Below, one piece after another: positions 62,547 to 64,000 of a stretch of 64,000 nucleotides of DNA (position 1 is its first letter; every line of letters starts with the position of its first letter). Under the pieces are notes generated by a model. It was not told the origin of the DNA and ran no database searches. It saw only the letters and a list, made by a program, of their open reading frames with translations. The stretch comes from Dehalococcoidia bacterium (GTDB lineage Bacteria; Chloroflexota; Dehalococcoidia; Lucifugimonadales; UBA3495), in assembly GCA_965261945.1 (NCBI GenBank), contig CBDHEF010000002.1, forward strand, positions 1,743,327-1,807,326. Direction: 5' to 3'. The position numbers were made by a program, and so were the translations under genes.

Positions 62547-63346
62547 CAGTCGACCTCGGAGAACTGTATGCCGTAATAGGTAACGACCTGTCCATCGGGC
62601 CCGACAAAGGAAAACACGCCCTGGCCGCTGCGGGTCCCGGATGACGCCGGGAAAGACACCTGCAAACCCCTGCTGGTCGTTTTCGGGCCGTTGCGGTCCA
62701 GCAGGTACAGATCACGGGTGAAGTCGGTACGGCCATATTCGCGGGCGCTGCCGGGCTGCGAAGTGAACAGCCGGTAGACCCGGTCCAACTCGATCACCCG
62801 GCCCTGCCGGCCCGCTGGCATTCGGGCTGAATCGTCATCCTTGGTGATCTCCGAGTAGACTTGGTACAAGGATTCAAGAAACCGGCCTGCGCTGAAGCGG
62901 GCAGGTTTTTTCTGGTTCTCTATCAGTATGTCCGCCAGGCGTGTTGGGCGAATTGCGGAAACCTGCTTGCGGTCTATTCGAACCGCCCTTGCGCCTGGCA
63001 GGACTCGAACAACGGAGGGATGAGCAATCATGCGCCCGTCCCGTTCGTAAATCTCAAGGCCCTTTTCGGCCGCGACAGCGCGCAACTCCTGTGCGTAGCC
63101 CTCGTTTAGGTACTGCTGTTCTTCATCCTCCCCAAAGGGCCAGGATTCAACAGAGTTGGCAACCTCCTGGCGCAGGGCGTTCAGTGCTGCGTCCATGCTG
63201 GCCTGCGCCCGCTTTGCGGCTGCAATGTTGCCGTCCTTTGCCGCCTTCTCCAGTGCTTTTGCAAGTTTAGCCAAGTCCGCGGCCGACTTCGCCGTCGAAG
63301 CGGCCGCTCTCTCCATATCGCCAAATGCCTGCTCGAAACTCCCCAT
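62546..63346 (-). CDS. hypothetical protein with N-terminal coiled coil (gene 1 of candidate system)
   Basis: 266 aa. It has an Ala/Lys-rich helical N-terminus (AKSAADLAKLAKALEKAAKDGNIAAAKRAQ) and an unassigned C-terminal domain. Its stop overlaps the gene 2 ATG by 1 nt (TGATG). Confidence 0.55.
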   Translation of the reverse strand: MGSFEQAFGDMERAAASTAKSAADLAKLAKALEKAAKDGNIAAAKRAQASMDAALNALRQEVANSVESWPFGEDEEQQYLNEGYAQELRAVAAEKGLEIYERDGRMIAHPSVVRVLPGARAVRIDRKQVSAIRPTRLADILIENQKKPARFSAGRFLESLYQVYSEITKDDDSARMPAGRQGRVIELDRVYRLFTSQPGSAREYGRTDFTRDLYLLDRNGPKTTSRGLQVSFPASSGTRSGQGVFSFVGPDGQVVTYYGIQFSEVD

Positions 63347-63378
63347 AGCCCAACCTCTACTAATCCATCGCCGCAGGC

Positions 63379-63387
63379 ATTATACCA
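63379..63387 (-). promoter_or_regulatory. extended -10 promoter element (TGGTATAAT) upstream of the five-gene operon
   Basis: The minus strand reads TGGTATAAT 33-41 nt upstream of ATG 63346. A GAGG Shine-Dalgarno lies about 9 nt upstream of the ATG. Confidence 0.35.
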
Positions 63388-63626
63388 ACAACAGCCAAAG
63401 AGCAATGTGGAAGGAACCTGCCGGAAAAGTGTTCTTGGTTGGCTCCCCTAAATGAGACGGCAATGTTGTCTGGACGAAGGAAACCGCGATTTGCTGCCCA
63501 GAATTTTGAGTCCTACATTCCTCCACAGCCTTCCTGTTGGCGCAGGACCAGTTTCGCAGGGCGTCCAAGACATCCCCGCTGCGGAGAAAGGAGTGGCCGG
63601 ATGGTTCGCCATTGTTGATCAGTCAT
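63380..63626 (-). mobile_element. decayed N-terminal fragment of an IS5-type (DUF4096 N-terminal domain) transposase
   Basis: MTDQQWRTIRPLLSPQRG.LGRPAK matches the typical MTD.QW..I.PLLP....GRP start of these transposases. The reading is then broken by frameshifts and stops. There is no DDE domain and no inverted repeats were seen. Confidence 0.45.
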
Positions 63627-63946
63627 GTCGCTGGTGTAGCCTGCTCCCCGCGCAACAATGATGGCCTCCTGCCTTGACGTGTGGGGTTGGGTGGGCGCCT
63701 TCCCATACTGACAGACAGGATTTTTCGGATGCGCATTAAGACGCAGTACCCTACCCGCCGTTAATTTCAAAGCTGTTCGACTACTGGCCTACGGTGGGGT
63801 ATAACTTTATAATTGCCCGTGGATAATGGCCCGTGGCTCACACTTTCAGGTTCGTATCCCTGTGGTTCGCCCGTCAATAGAAATACCCGTGGCGCTGGCC
63901 GATTCGGGGGATTATCCGTTGCAGATTAACTCCTCAGGAGGACGAC

Positions 63947-64000
63947 ATGGTTGACCAACTAGCCCGCCCTAAAGACAAAGTGGAGGTTTACTGGTTTTCC
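63947..64000 (+). CDS. start of an unidentified gene (runs off window end)
   Basis: AGGAGG lies 7 nt upstream of ATG 63947. The translation MVDQLARPKDKVEVYWFS is too short to assign. Confidence 0.3.
   Translation, partial: MVDQLARPKDKVEVYWFS

Overview
High-GC bacterial chromosomal window with about 60 protein genes and 2 tRNAs. The gene content suggests a Chloroflexota/SAR202-like heterotroph, but this is inference only: several LLM/F420 flavin oxidoreductases, paired Amidohydro_2 enzymes, three PEP-mutase/isocitrate-lyase paralogues, family III CoA-transferases, a CoxMSL-type molybdoenzyme and LarE/C/B. Housekeeping genes include coaBC-coaX, a ferredoxin, chdC(hemQ), yraN-rnhB, mnmA, tRNA-Leu(GAG) and tRNA-Cys(GCA).

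Four things stand out.

1. A translationally coupled five-gene minus-strand operon (58068-63346). It encodes a coiled-coil protein, a degenerate P-loop paralogue, a BrxD/DUF2791-like Walker ATPase, a 180-aa unknown protein and an SNF2 helicase. It sits next to a decayed IS5-type transposase stub. I could not place it in a described defence system and treat it as the best candidate for a novel system.

2. A roughly 115-bp MITE-like composite repeat with hairpin inverted ends. Its core is a 28-29 nt repeat almost identical in its stem-loop to the type I-E CRISPR repeat. At two loci (38068-38217 and 1331-1418) the core is expanded into mini-arrays with unique spacers of exactly 32 nt. No cas genes are in the window. 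One hairpin copy is inserted in frame inside larC.

3. An AT-rich islet carrying a single-polypeptide fused restriction-modification-specificity protein (10504-13017).

4. Several decayed or odd genes:
- a frameshifted higB next to an intact higA
- a PEP-mutase pseudogene
- an aldo/keto reductase with TGG-to-TAG in the conserved DWR motif
- an alpha/beta hydrolase with Phe in place of the nucleophile Ser
- a triple-RidA single-chain fusion
- unusual short tandem arrays filling the spacers of the cox operon

All family calls come from reading motifs in the translations. No database search was run.
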